The notes beneath the pieces were generated by a model. It searched no databases and was not told the origin of the DNA. It saw only the letters and a program-made list of their open reading frames with translations. Shown piece after piece: positions 26,201 to 33,721 of a stretch of DNA of 64,000 bases. Within the stretch, counting starts at the first letter, position 1, and each line of letters begins with the position of its first letter. This stretch comes from Candidatus Poseidoniales archaeon (GTDB taxonomy: Archaea; Thermoplasmatota; Poseidoniia; MGIII; CG-Epi1), in assembly GCA_045567855.1 (NCBI GenBank), contig JBJLCC010000037.1:34625-98624 (forward strand), given 5' to 3'. Position numbers and translations under genes: made by a program.

Positions 26201-26321
26201 TCTCAGCTTTCTTTTCCGGTGTTTCTTTGACGGCCGGTTCAAAATCAGATCCACACATGCTGCATGTAAGAGCGTTATCATCCTCTTCCATTTCACATAC
26301 AGGACAGACCTTCATAGACAT
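23244..26321 (-). CDS. fusion protein: N-terminal Zn ribbon, acidic linker, ~9-TM membrane domain with ~100-aa Cys-containing extracytoplasmic loop, C-terminal McrB-like AAA+ (AAA_5) NTPase
   Basis: CPVCE..(9)..CSMCG; multiple hydrophobic helices aa ~125-570; IMLFGEPGTGKT (Walker A), HYLVIDEFNRANIDEAFGKLF (DExNRA Walker B of the McrB/MoxR clade), IIGTMNTQD (sensor 1). Confidence 0.8.
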   Translation of the reverse strand: MSMKVCPVCEMEEDDNALTCSMCGSDFEPAVKETPEKKAETKDSGDISEDIAGMKLDGLPTDEKGSEDVKELSEEERLLEETLNATETNPTDEKTDNALSKFIDNIPQLGTFFADISKKLDRIFLSKGEINYIAPLTIVVISILLLSGVIGLAVSSVPTTSQESLDGYMPSDPYNKPTPDGNSTLIGRGTSEPFSGEPFNCEIWDSQRYIDFVKSDEQGFDILLTDRDESRQVDDDERFGCPVDMKFISTFSFMLLNLLLITTAFYIYNKIPNTSIVLPILGFAIFETILFAIYGGLLNNVIFALPLTIGFVCTIGLIVSGSVLLIRTSLGRSLSDPPSLTFYIFILAAASLFSSVFYNYSLGPYTICNTQLPQSYLQNLIDNNVAEEDISQCQQIGYQNLEIVALDLGNGSNMMVLLSATLLFLGVANWLISNTKINDIDEAKYFSMILSGLGLQFAILVFNVVTSDEGALVFDENDTTLTVMALGVATVGMVSFYRKRRGESGSMGVAYFVIFASGIFALFGTFIAPVVLGGNDIEWPDDGEAQFNLLLSALVTAVGFWLSYKFGSQKLRELSIASDAAMPNRQDPFAPSVPGEQKVMPEWTVDSAMEFLMNEYGDEFQVELKHTTEHTPDLELVEKTMMDTVDQSVEIRQAIEVDYEVDFHEIAEAYSTTQETVDEVITHLTSGKNIMLFGEPGTGKTALSNILLTKLCGEIKQPNGSMAPNYTIVTANAEWSNFDVIGGISPDDSGGYYFKDGYVAEAAKLCEKSIRERGRPHYLVIDEFNRANIDEAFGKLFTVFEYRDKQPLLTHKETGGAPFMMPPEFRIIGTMNTQDKNTLFNVGFALMRRFAFVEIGLPLPEDEYNRMPVFVYFKLKKLGLVPDRPEGDGLWKFGETCRHFPQKKFDFYDEDGSMYACHEKLVNFLKPSEPPKRGDEAPLGVRTFRKIGPALLIDSMVTIFNSIKKYGPELALDRVIRSNIMPSLEGLERNEIRCMFLHAKEVLGPTSLVTETLDRMANSDSLSLF

Positions 26322-26391
26322 TCACAGACTACTCCATTAAAATGTTATCTCATGATTTTAAGCATGACTGACTTGAGAGAAAATCAAAAAC

Positions 26392-26399
26392 TTTAAATA
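26392..26399 (+). promoter_or_regulatory. TATA-like box ~25 nt upstream of the 26424 ATG (probably leaderless transcript)
   Basis: TTTAAATA in the divergent intergenic region 26322-26423. Confidence 0.3.
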
Positions 26400-26423
26400 G
26401 GAGGTCTGGTAAAATCAACTCCT

Positions 26424-28796
26424 ATGAAAGAGCAATTACAACAGATACAAGCCGTAGCAGTTGTTACTTTTCTTTGTATTTTAATTTCTGTAAATAGTAC
26501 TGGTGACTACGGGAAATGGTTTGTGATTGATGGTGCTCGTGAAACCGTAGATCCAGAAACTGGCAATGTTACACAATACAATACTTTCCAGTACCATTAT
26601 TATTTGGATTCATATTTACTTACAGATACTACAGGAAACAGTGAATCAGTACCATATGATAGTCAAGATTGCGTTTATTGTCTAAATAAGGTTTCTTCAT
26701 CTGATAACGCGAAAATGACTGCGTATGCAGCAGGACTGTTGGCATTAGTAGTGGCTTACATGGCCAATAATGCAGTTAGTAGTCTTCATCAAAATACACT
26801 TAGAAGTGCACTTAAAAATTTAAAATATTTTGCGATTATAGTACTTATAGTTGGATTTTTGTCTACTTTTTTATTTTACACTACTTGGTCTGAATCGCTC
26901 ATACAAGATGAGGTAGCTCTTACTTCAACAAATGCAGAAGGCTCAGATAGTAACAAAGAATTAGGGTGTATCAAAAATTTACTTACTTTCTTCGGTGAAG
27001 GGACTTGTGAGGAGTATGTTCAATTACAAGCCGGTGAAGCAGATAGAGTAACAGGAAGACTGGGTCCAGTTTCTTGGAGTCCAGGCATTGGATTTTTTAT
27101 TGTTTTGATAGGAACTGCACTTACTGGTGGTGGAACGCTTTACATCTTAGGTAATCTGGACGAAGAATGGCAAGCAATATTGAAAAAACAAGAATTAATA
27201 GAGAGGCAACAGCAAATTCATGACGGCGAATTAGAAAAGAGTAAAGAATTAATGCAAGAGTTTGATGATACCGAAGAAAGATTGAAAGAAGCTGAAAAAA
27301 GAATTGAAGATGTACGAGCTTCTACTAATGACATTGATTATGACGGTATTGAGGATTTGGAGAATGAGCTTGACAGAATAACAGCATTAAATCAAAGTGT
27401 TAATACGCTAAATAATTCTTTAGAGTCGAAATTGAAAACTGCTCGAATTGCTACCTCAGAAGTTGAGAAGAGAGCTAGAATGGCTGAAAAAGAGTTGCAG
27501 GATGACCTTTCAGCAAAAAACAACTTAGAAAAAGAGATAGAGGACTTGAGAACTAAACATGAAAACGATATGCGTCTTAGTGATAGGATGACTAGGGAAA
27601 TTGGGTCTCTAAGGACAATGAGTGATGAAGCAGAGACTAAAGCCGTTGATGCTGAGAGAAAGTTAAAATTAGAAAAACCAGATACAGTTAATGCTTTGGA
27701 ATCTTATGATTCAGTCAAGGCCTCTTATGATAAAACTGTCGGAGAGAAGAATAATTTAGAGAAAGAGATCATGGAATTGGAGCAACATACTTTGGAAGCT
27801 AATGAAAGGGAAAAATCAGCTCTTGCAGAAAGAAACGAGGCAATAAACAGAAGAAAAGAATTGGATAGAGAGGTAAAATTAATGGAAAAGAATAAAAAAA
27901 GAATTAATGATAAGTTTACTACATTAACTACAAATTTGGAAAAGGCTAAGAAAGAGCTCAATGATGCTCGAGAAAAAGCATCTCTTACTATGAACGAGCT
28001 TGATATTGAAAGACAAACTATTATTGAGCTTGAGCAGAATAGTGAGCAATTCAGACAAAAAGAGAATGAAATTCTTGGTATGACTGACTCACTTAAAGAA
28101 TTGCAGGAACAAGTGGATAGTCAAAGAGATTCAAATAAGAAAATCGAGGATGAATTGAAGATTGAGGTAAAAAGTAAGGAAAAGACACAAAAAGATTTGA
28201 CTGCTTTGGAGAATGCATCACAACAAGTAAGTAAAGTAATGCAGACACTCAAGAAACAATTTGAGGATGCAAAAGCTGAATTAAATATTAGCATTGATGA
28301 TCGCAACAAAGCCGAAAGAGTACTTGAAGCTGAAAAAACAGAACATGAGAAGCTAAAAGAGGATCTAGAGTTTCTACAGGGAACTACTATAGGTAGTGAA
28401 GAAGGAACTGAACGTAAAATTAAGGCTATGGAAGTAGAGATTCCAAAAGAAAAAGAGTTAGCTGGTGAAATGAATGCGGAGGCGCAAAAGCTTTCGGATA
28501 GTAATAAGGAGTTAGAAGAAAAAATTAAGGAAGCGCGTATTGAAAGTTTAAGTAAGCCTGAAAATACAACAGATGTAAATAATGCGACCGGAGCTTCGAT
28601 TGGTACTAGCCTTATAGTAAAGAATTTGACAAAAGAAACTGAACATACTTTTGAATTGGTTAATGCAGAAGATGCAAATATTCCGCAAGGTAAAATACCT
28701 TTGTCAAACCCAATAGGTAAGTCTCTTGAGGGTTCAAAAGAAGGCGATGAAGTTAAAGTGGGACCAACGACATTCAAAGTTCTCAAAGTAAATTAA
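26424..28796 (+). CDS. membrane-anchored giant coiled-coil protein with C-terminal GreA/GreB-like (FKBP-fold) domain
   Basis: 4 predicted TM in the first 240 aa; ~450 aa heptad-rich Glu/Lys sequence; C-terminus TFELVNAEDANIPQGKIPLSNPIGKSLEGSKEGDEVKVGPTTFKVLKV aligns with GreA [46 protein letters not shown]. Confidence 0.8.
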   Translation: MKEQLQQIQAVAVVTFLCILISVNSTGDYGKWFVIDGARETVDPETGNVTQYNTFQYHYYLDSYLLTDTTGNSESVPYDSQDCVYCLNKVSSSDNAKMTAYAAGLLALVVAYMANNAVSSLHQNTLRSALKNLKYFAIIVLIVGFLSTFLFYTTWSESLIQDEVALTSTNAEGSDSNKELGCIKNLLTFFGEGTCEEYVQLQAGEADRVTGRLGPVSWSPGIGFFIVLIGTALTGGGTLYILGNLDEEWQAILKKQELIERQQQIHDGELEKSKELMQEFDDTEERLKEAEKRIEDVRASTNDIDYDGIEDLENELDRITALNQSVNTLNNSLESKLKTARIATSEVEKRARMAEKELQDDLSAKNNLEKEIEDLRTKHENDMRLSDRMTREIGSLRTMSDEAETKAVDAERKLKLEKPDTVNALESYDSVKASYDKTVGEKNNLEKEIMELEQHTLEANEREKSALAERNEAINRRKELDREVKLMEKNKKRINDKFTTLTTNLEKAKKELNDAREKASLTMNELDIERQTIIELEQNSEQFRQKENEILGMTDSLKELQEQVDSQRDSNKKIEDELKIEVKSKEKTQKDLTALENASQQVSKVMQTLKKQFEDAKAELNISIDDRNKAERVLEAEKTEHEKLKEDLEFLQGTTIGSEEGTERKIKAMEVEIPKEKELAGEMNAEAQKLSDSNKELEEKIKEARIESLSKPENTTDVNNATGASIGTSLIVKNLTKETEHTFELVNAEDANIPQGKIPLSNPIGKSLEGSKEGDEVKVGPTTFKVLKVN

Positions 28797-28831
28797 AGTG
28801 GTTCTAAAATAGAGCATTCTTTTAGCATGTT

Positions 28832-30535
28832 ATGAACCATACCTTACCAAAAGATAGTAGCCAAATGATGGACTGGTCTTGGGATAAATATATTCCTTTT
28901 TTTGATTTTTTAGAAAACTCAGGTTTAACTACAAAAAACATCTCCGACTGGATGAAGTATTGGTCCGACTTATCGGAGCTTATAGGTGAAGTTGGAACTT
29001 CGGTATATGTTTCTACTACTGTGGACACTACTGATGAAGAAGCTAAGGTTAGGTACCATAGATTTCTTGAAGATATTAGTGAGAATGTAAGTTCTAGAAA
29101 TCAAATTTTAAAAATTAAATTTTTAGAGTCCAAATTGTCTCCTGATAATTTTGAAATTCCTCTGAGAGGAATGAAAAGCGAGGTTGAGTTATTTTCAACA
29201 GATAATCTTCCTCTTTTGACTTCCGATGCGAAACTATCCAAAGAATATGATGCAATTATAGGTTCCCAAACTGTAAATTGGGAGGATGAAGAGGTCACAC
29301 TTACTCGCTTATCGCCAGTCATGTTAGAAACAAATAGAAATAAGCGTGAGAACGCTTGGAAATTAGCTTCTGCCAGGCGACTTGAAGATAGAAGCGAAAT
29401 AAACGAAATCTGGAAGAAAATTCTTAAGATTCGCATGTCTATTGCAGATAATTCCGGTTATGATGACTATCGAGCCTGGAGATGGGAATATCTTAAAAGA
29501 TTCGATTATACTCCCGATGATTGCTTAATATTTCACGAATCGATTGAGAAGATTATTGTGCCTTTAGCCAATAAATTACTTCAAAAGCGGAAGGAAGCAC
29601 TTGGTCTCGAAAAACTAAAACCATGGGATTTAAGTGTAGATATATTTGGAAGAGATGCTTTAGTTCCTTTTGAGGAAGCTAGTGAATTAGAGGAAAAATG
29701 TCATAATATATTTAGTTCAGTTGATTCTGATTTGGGTAATCATTTTGGAATTATGAGAGAGAAGGGCTTATTAGATTTAGGCAATCGTAAAGGTAAGGCT
29801 CCTGGGGGTTACTGTACTGAATATCCATACCAGCGTCTACCTTTCATTTTTATGAACGCAGTTGGGACACATAGTGATGTTCAGACAATGATTCATGAGG
29901 GCGGGCATGCATTCCATGTATTTGAATCTGCAGATTTACCATACACTAGTCAGAGAGACGTTGGGATGGAATTTGCTGAGGTGGCTTCAATGGCTATGGA
30001 GCTTCTAGCCTCTCCTTTTTTGACTGAGAATGTTGGCGGTTTTTATTCTGAAGAGGAATCTGCAAGGGCAAGAATTGAACATTTGGAAAAAGTTATTATG
30101 TTTTGGCCGTATATGGCAGTTGTAGATGCATTTCAGCATTGGGCCTATACAAATCCTGCAGAGGCGTTGGATCCAAATAACTGTGATGAAGAATGGACTA
30201 AACTTTGGAAAAGATTCCAAATGTCTGATCACATAGATTACACAGGATGTGAAGACATAATAGCTACAGGTTGGCATAATAAATTACATATTTATCATGT
30301 TCCATTCTACTATGTTGAATATGGAATGGCTCAGCTAGGTGCAATACAAATATGGGGCAATTCGTTAAGTGATGAAAAGAAAGCCATTCAAAATTATAAA
30401 TCTGCTTTGGGTCTTGGTGGTAATGCAACACTTCCTGAGTTATATGAAGCTGCAGGCGTTAAATTTAGCTTTGACGATAAGACTCTAGAGTACGCAGCTA
30501 GTTTAATAGAGAAACAAATTAAGGAATTATCATGA
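28832..30535 (+). CDS. pepF: oligoendopeptidase F (M3B)
   Basis: HEGGHAFH zinc motif, 567 aa. Confidence 0.85.
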   Translation: MNHTLPKDSSQMMDWSWDKYIPFFDFLENSGLTTKNISDWMKYWSDLSELIGEVGTSVYVSTTVDTTDEEAKVRYHRFLEDISENVSSRNQILKIKFLESKLSPDNFEIPLRGMKSEVELFSTDNLPLLTSDAKLSKEYDAIIGSQTVNWEDEEVTLTRLSPVMLETNRNKRENAWKLASARRLEDRSEINEIWKKILKIRMSIADNSGYDDYRAWRWEYLKRFDYTPDDCLIFHESIEKIIVPLANKLLQKRKEALGLEKLKPWDLSVDIFGRDALVPFEEASELEEKCHNIFSSVDSDLGNHFGIMREKGLLDLGNRKGKAPGGYCTEYPYQRLPFIFMNAVGTHSDVQTMIHEGGHAFHVFESADLPYTSQRDVGMEFAEVASMAMELLASPFLTENVGGFYSEEESARARIEHLEKVIMFWPYMAVVDAFQHWAYTNPAEALDPNNCDEEWTKLWKRFQMSDHIDYTGCEDIIATGWHNKLHIYHVPFYYVEYGMAQLGAIQIWGNSLSDEKKAIQNYKSALGLGGNATLPELYEAAGVKFSFDDKTLEYAASLIEKQIKELS

Positions 30536-31110
30536 GTAATCATTCTGTTGAGAGTTCATTTTCCTCAGATCACAGCTGCTCTAATTGTAGCCCGTCAGAT
30601 AATTCAGGTATAAAAATCAAGCCAGACAGTAAGAGTCCAATTCTGAAAGGACTTCCAGTTCAAGATGAATTTGCACCAAATTCTATATGTTTTGGATGCG
30701 GCCCTTCAAATGAGGATGGTTTACAGCTTAAGTCTTATCGTTCAGACGGCGGTCTTAATGCAGAATTTGAGTGTGAAGAAAAACACCAAGCTTTTCCGGG
30801 TGTGATAAGTGGTGGTATTATTGGTTCTCTGATTGACTGCCATGGTAATTGGTCTGCAGCCATAGCAATAATGGACAAGAATAATTGGGAAAAACCACGC
30901 TGTACAGTAACTGCTCAGTATGAAATTAAGTTAAAGCGTCCAACACCTTTGGGAATAAAGTTAAATTTGAGCAGTAGAGTATTAGCTTTACAAGAGGATC
31001 GGGCTGAAGTTATAATTGAGTTAAAAGCAGATGGTAAAACATGTGCAACAGGCCGAGGCTTATTCGTTGCTGTAAAGGAAGGCCATCCAGCTTATCATCG
31101 TTGGCATTGA
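30532..31110 (+). CDS. hotdog-fold thioesterase (PaaI/4HBT-like) with N-terminal Cys cluster
   Basis: CFGCGPSNEDGLQL, GGIIGSLIDCHGNWSAAIA. Confidence 0.65.
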   Translation: MSNHSVESSFSSDHSCSNCSPSDNSGIKIKPDSKSPILKGLPVQDEFAPNSICFGCGPSNEDGLQLKSYRSDGGLNAEFECEEKHQAFPGVISGGIIGSLIDCHGNWSAAIAIMDKNNWEKPRCTVTAQYEIKLKRPTPLGIKLNLSSRVLALQEDRAEVIIELKADGKTCATGRGLFVAVKEGHPAYHRWH

Positions 31111-31485
31111 TTGATGTCTGGATTAATAGATAGCCTTTGGAAAAGAGCAATAAAAGAGCATAATAAGGGGGACTATCATGAAGCTCATGAAATATTTGAA
31201 GATATTTGGCTTGAATTAGATAATCGTGATGAGAAAGATACAGTTCAAACATTAGCTCAAGGAGATGCCCTCGCAGTACACATTGAAACAGGAAATTTAG
31301 GAGCTGCTCGAAGATTAATGAGGCAGTTACCAGAATTACTGCATACATTTCCAGGAAATTACAGGAAAATTGATTTAATAGAATTTAGGGAGTGGATTTC
31401 TGAAATGATTTTGAGGATTCCAAATATACTAGATATTTCTGAGATTCCAAATAAAGAGCCTCCTAAATTATTGAGTTGCAGATAG
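31111..31485 (+). CDS. DUF309-like protein
   Basis: GDYHEAHEIFEDIW..QGDALAVHIETGNLGAARRL. Confidence 0.55.
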   Translation: MMSGLIDSLWKRAIKEHNKGDYHEAHEIFEDIWLELDNRDEKDTVQTLAQGDALAVHIETGNLGAARRLMRQLPELLHTFPGNYRKIDLIEFREWISEMILRIPNILDISEIPNKEPPKLLSCR

Positions 31486-32511
31486 TAGGTTTTTGTAGTT
31501 TTCAGGTTCTTCCGCACATGAATCCTGTAATGGCTCTACCAGCTGGAAAAGAGCAGCTGCAGTTCCATTTTTTAAGTCAAGAGGGTGTAATGAGCCAGAC
31601 AGGTAAGCAGACTCTAAGTCAGTATATGATTCAAAACTTAAATTTCCTCCGAATTTTTCAGGTCTCTCAATGGTTGTGTAACCAAGTGCAGGTTCTAGCA
31701 AATATTGCCAGAGGTCGAGAACTGGATTCGCTTCTCTCTCGGGTGGGCAATATGCTTTTGATAACTTTTTAGTCATTTTTTTCTTACTATCATGTATCAG
31801 CAACGTTCCCGTTGGATCTGATTTAGACATTTTAATATCAGTGTCCATTCGCCCGGGTCCAGATAATGATCCAAGTAGAGGGGTGTGTAATGCAACAGGT
31901 TTACGTAGTTTCAATTTATCTGCAGCATCTCTTGCCAACATGTGTGCGTGCCTTTGATCCATTCCACCAAGAGCCAAATCCGCATCTAAAGCATAGATGT
32001 CAGTAGCTTGCATAGCTGGATAGAAAAATTTGGACATGTCTTTATCGCCATCGCTCTCGTCTCTTCCCATGATTGATAGTGCTCTTCGCATCCTTTTCAA
32101 GCTGCTAGCTTTAGAAACTCGTAGGACCATTTCCCAATAACCATCTTCGCTAACAATTTCACTTGCAGTTTTGAATTTAACACCTGGACAAAATGTAGAG
32201 AACATTTGCCTTTGATACTCTACACCTGCATTTAAATTATCCCAACTGCCTCCAAGTTTGTCATTAATGTATCCGTGCCAATCGGCTAAAAGAATCGTAA
32301 CTTCAAAGCCTGCTTCAATAAGTTCTTTACATTTTAGCATCGGGACCAGAGATCCGGCATGTAATAGTCCTGATGGCTCAAATCCAACGTAAGCTTTTGG
32401 AATTTCTTTGTTTTCAAGTAAATTATCTAACTCATACTCCGTAACGCATTCTGCAACTCCTCTCATTACAAGTGATTTACGATCAGGCATATCTGTACTG
32501 AAACAGGGCAT
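31468..32511 (-). CDS. tyrS: tyrosyl-tRNA synthetase (archaeal type)
   Basis: AYVGFEPSGLLHAGS (HIGH-like), KMSKS, 347 aa. Confidence 0.85.
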   Translation of the reverse strand: MPCFSTDMPDRKSLVMRGVAECVTEYELDNLLENKEIPKAYVGFEPSGLLHAGSLVPMLKCKELIEAGFEVTILLADWHGYINDKLGGSWDNLNAGVEYQRQMFSTFCPGVKFKTASEIVSEDGYWEMVLRVSKASSLKRMRRALSIMGRDESDGDKDMSKFFYPAMQATDIYALDADLALGGMDQRHAHMLARDAADKLKLRKPVALHTPLLGSLSGPGRMDTDIKMSKSDPTGTLLIHDSKKKMTKKLSKAYCPPEREANPVLDLWQYLLEPALGYTTIERPEKFGGNLSFESYTDLESAYLSGSLHPLDLKNGTAAALFQLVEPLQDSCAEEPENYKNLLSATQ

Positions 32512-32588
32512 TAATTAACTGCTTTGGTTTCCAACACGCTTACCAAAAAAGTATTTAAACGTGGTTAGACATGTATGCCTGAGTTAAT

Positions 32589-32933
32589 ATGTCTGAATCA
32601 AATCCTGAAGTTCTTAAAGCTGTCCGTCTTCTCGTTGGCGATATTGTAAATAAAGAGAGGTATGTTATGTTGCCTGCAGAGCCTGGAGAGGGTGATCCTG
32701 TTCTCGGTAAATTTAGAACTGTGAGTGATGCAAAAAGATTTGCAAGCCGTAGTGATATTACTGAATTTTCTCTTTGGACCCGGTTAAAAGTTGTTGGTGG
32801 AGGCTCATTGAAAGAAGATTTTAAGGCTTCAGAAGATGAAGAAGAAATTGATGATGATTTAGGCGATTTACTGGATGATGATTCAGACTTGCCAGATCTT
32901 GAGGAAGATGCAGATTTAGATGAACTTCTATGA
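32589..32933 (+). CDS. small protein with poly-acidic C-terminal tail, unknown function
   Basis: 114 aa; C-terminus DDDLGDLLDDDSDLPDLEEDADLDELL; stop overlaps the start of the PAC2 gene (ATGA), which supports this strand over the antisense 32555..32956 ORF. Confidence 0.55.
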   Translation: MSESNPEVLKAVRLLVGDIVNKERYVMLPAEPGEGDPVLGKFRTVSDAKRFASRSDITEFSLWTRLKVVGGGSLKEDFKASEDEEEIDDDLGDLLDDDSDLPDLEEDADLDELL

Positions 32934-33691
32934 GTAGCAATATAATTATACGTCAAAACGTTAAGAAAAATCTTAAGGGTTCAACATTTATTTGTGGATT
33001 TCCAGGTGTTGGTTTGGTAGGTAATATTGTTGCAAATTTTCTGGTTAATAATCTTAAATTGGATCAGATTGGAGTAATTGATAGCGATACTTTCCCATCT
33101 ATTTCCGTAGTTAAAGACGGAATTCCAAACCATCCAATGAGACTTTATGCTGGAGAACAAGTTTGCAATAATGGAAAATGTAATCAGATAGTTATATGTG
33201 TTAGTGACTTTGTTCCTCCCGCATCAGCAACAAAAGATTTGGTCAATACTATTTTTGACTGGGCAAAAGATCAAGGTTTTGCTAGTTTTATCACTGGTGA
33301 AGGGTTTACGACAGCACCTAATGATGATCAGGAAAAAGAGGCCATTGTTTATGGAGTAACATCTACCGAGTCATCAAAGGCATGGATATCTGATGCAAAA
33401 GTTAAACCTTTCGAGTTTGGCACCATTGGAGGCTTTACAGGAGTCATGCTTAGTGAAGGAAGATTGCGTAGTCAGAATGTTTTAGGCCTTCTTGCAGAAG
33501 TTAAAGAAGATGTTCCCGACGCCCGTGCAGCTTCAAAGATTATTGAATCTATAGATAAATTATTATTAGAAATTGATTTAGATCCAAAACCTTTACTCGA
33601 AGAGGCAGCTTCCCTTGAGAAAGAGTTGCAAAAAGTTACGGAGCAAGTCCCAACAGAAAGTAATAATTCGATCCCAAGATATATTGGATAG
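32930..33691 (+). CDS. PAC2-family proteasome assembly chaperone (PbaA/B-like)
   Basis: ICGFPGVGLVGNIVANFL signature. Confidence 0.7.
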   Translation: MSSNIIIRQNVKKNLKGSTFICGFPGVGLVGNIVANFLVNNLKLDQIGVIDSDTFPSISVVKDGIPNHPMRLYAGEQVCNNGKCNQIVICVSDFVPPASATKDLVNTIFDWAKDQGFASFITGEGFTTAPNDDQEKEAIVYGVTSTESSKAWISDAKVKPFEFGTIGGFTGVMLSEGRLRSQNVLGLLAEVKEDVPDARAASKIIESIDKLLLEIDLDPKPLLEEAASLEKELQKVTEQVPTESNNSIPRYIG

Positions 33692-33721
33692 GTTTAAAGC
33701 TACATAGATTTACATACAACA

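Noticed and set aside
27150-28500. Periodic Glu/Lys-rich repeats that could be mistaken for a tandem-repeat or CRISPR-like array
   Set aside because: Periodicity is at the heptad/protein level inside one long ORF. There are no exact DNA direct repeats with unique spacers and no cas genes nearby.
28121-28786. 221-aa minus-strand ORF inside the coiled-coil gene (and similar antisense ORFs such as 44948..45370, 49898..50386, 43444..43710, 27725..27961)
   Set aside because: These lie entirely inside well-supported genes on the other strand (thermosome, aIF2-gamma, DUF92 membrane protein, coiled-coil protein). Their Ser/Leu/Phe-rich low-complexity composition is typical of antisense shadows of GAA/AAG-rich coding sequence.
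32555-32956. 133-aa Ser-rich ORF on the minus strand
   Set aside because: Fully antisense to the + strand 32589..32933 ORF, which has an ATGA coupling to the downstream PAC2 gene. The minus-strand ORF is low-complexity poly-Ser, the mirror of GAA/GAT-rich acidic codons. It is a shadow ORF.
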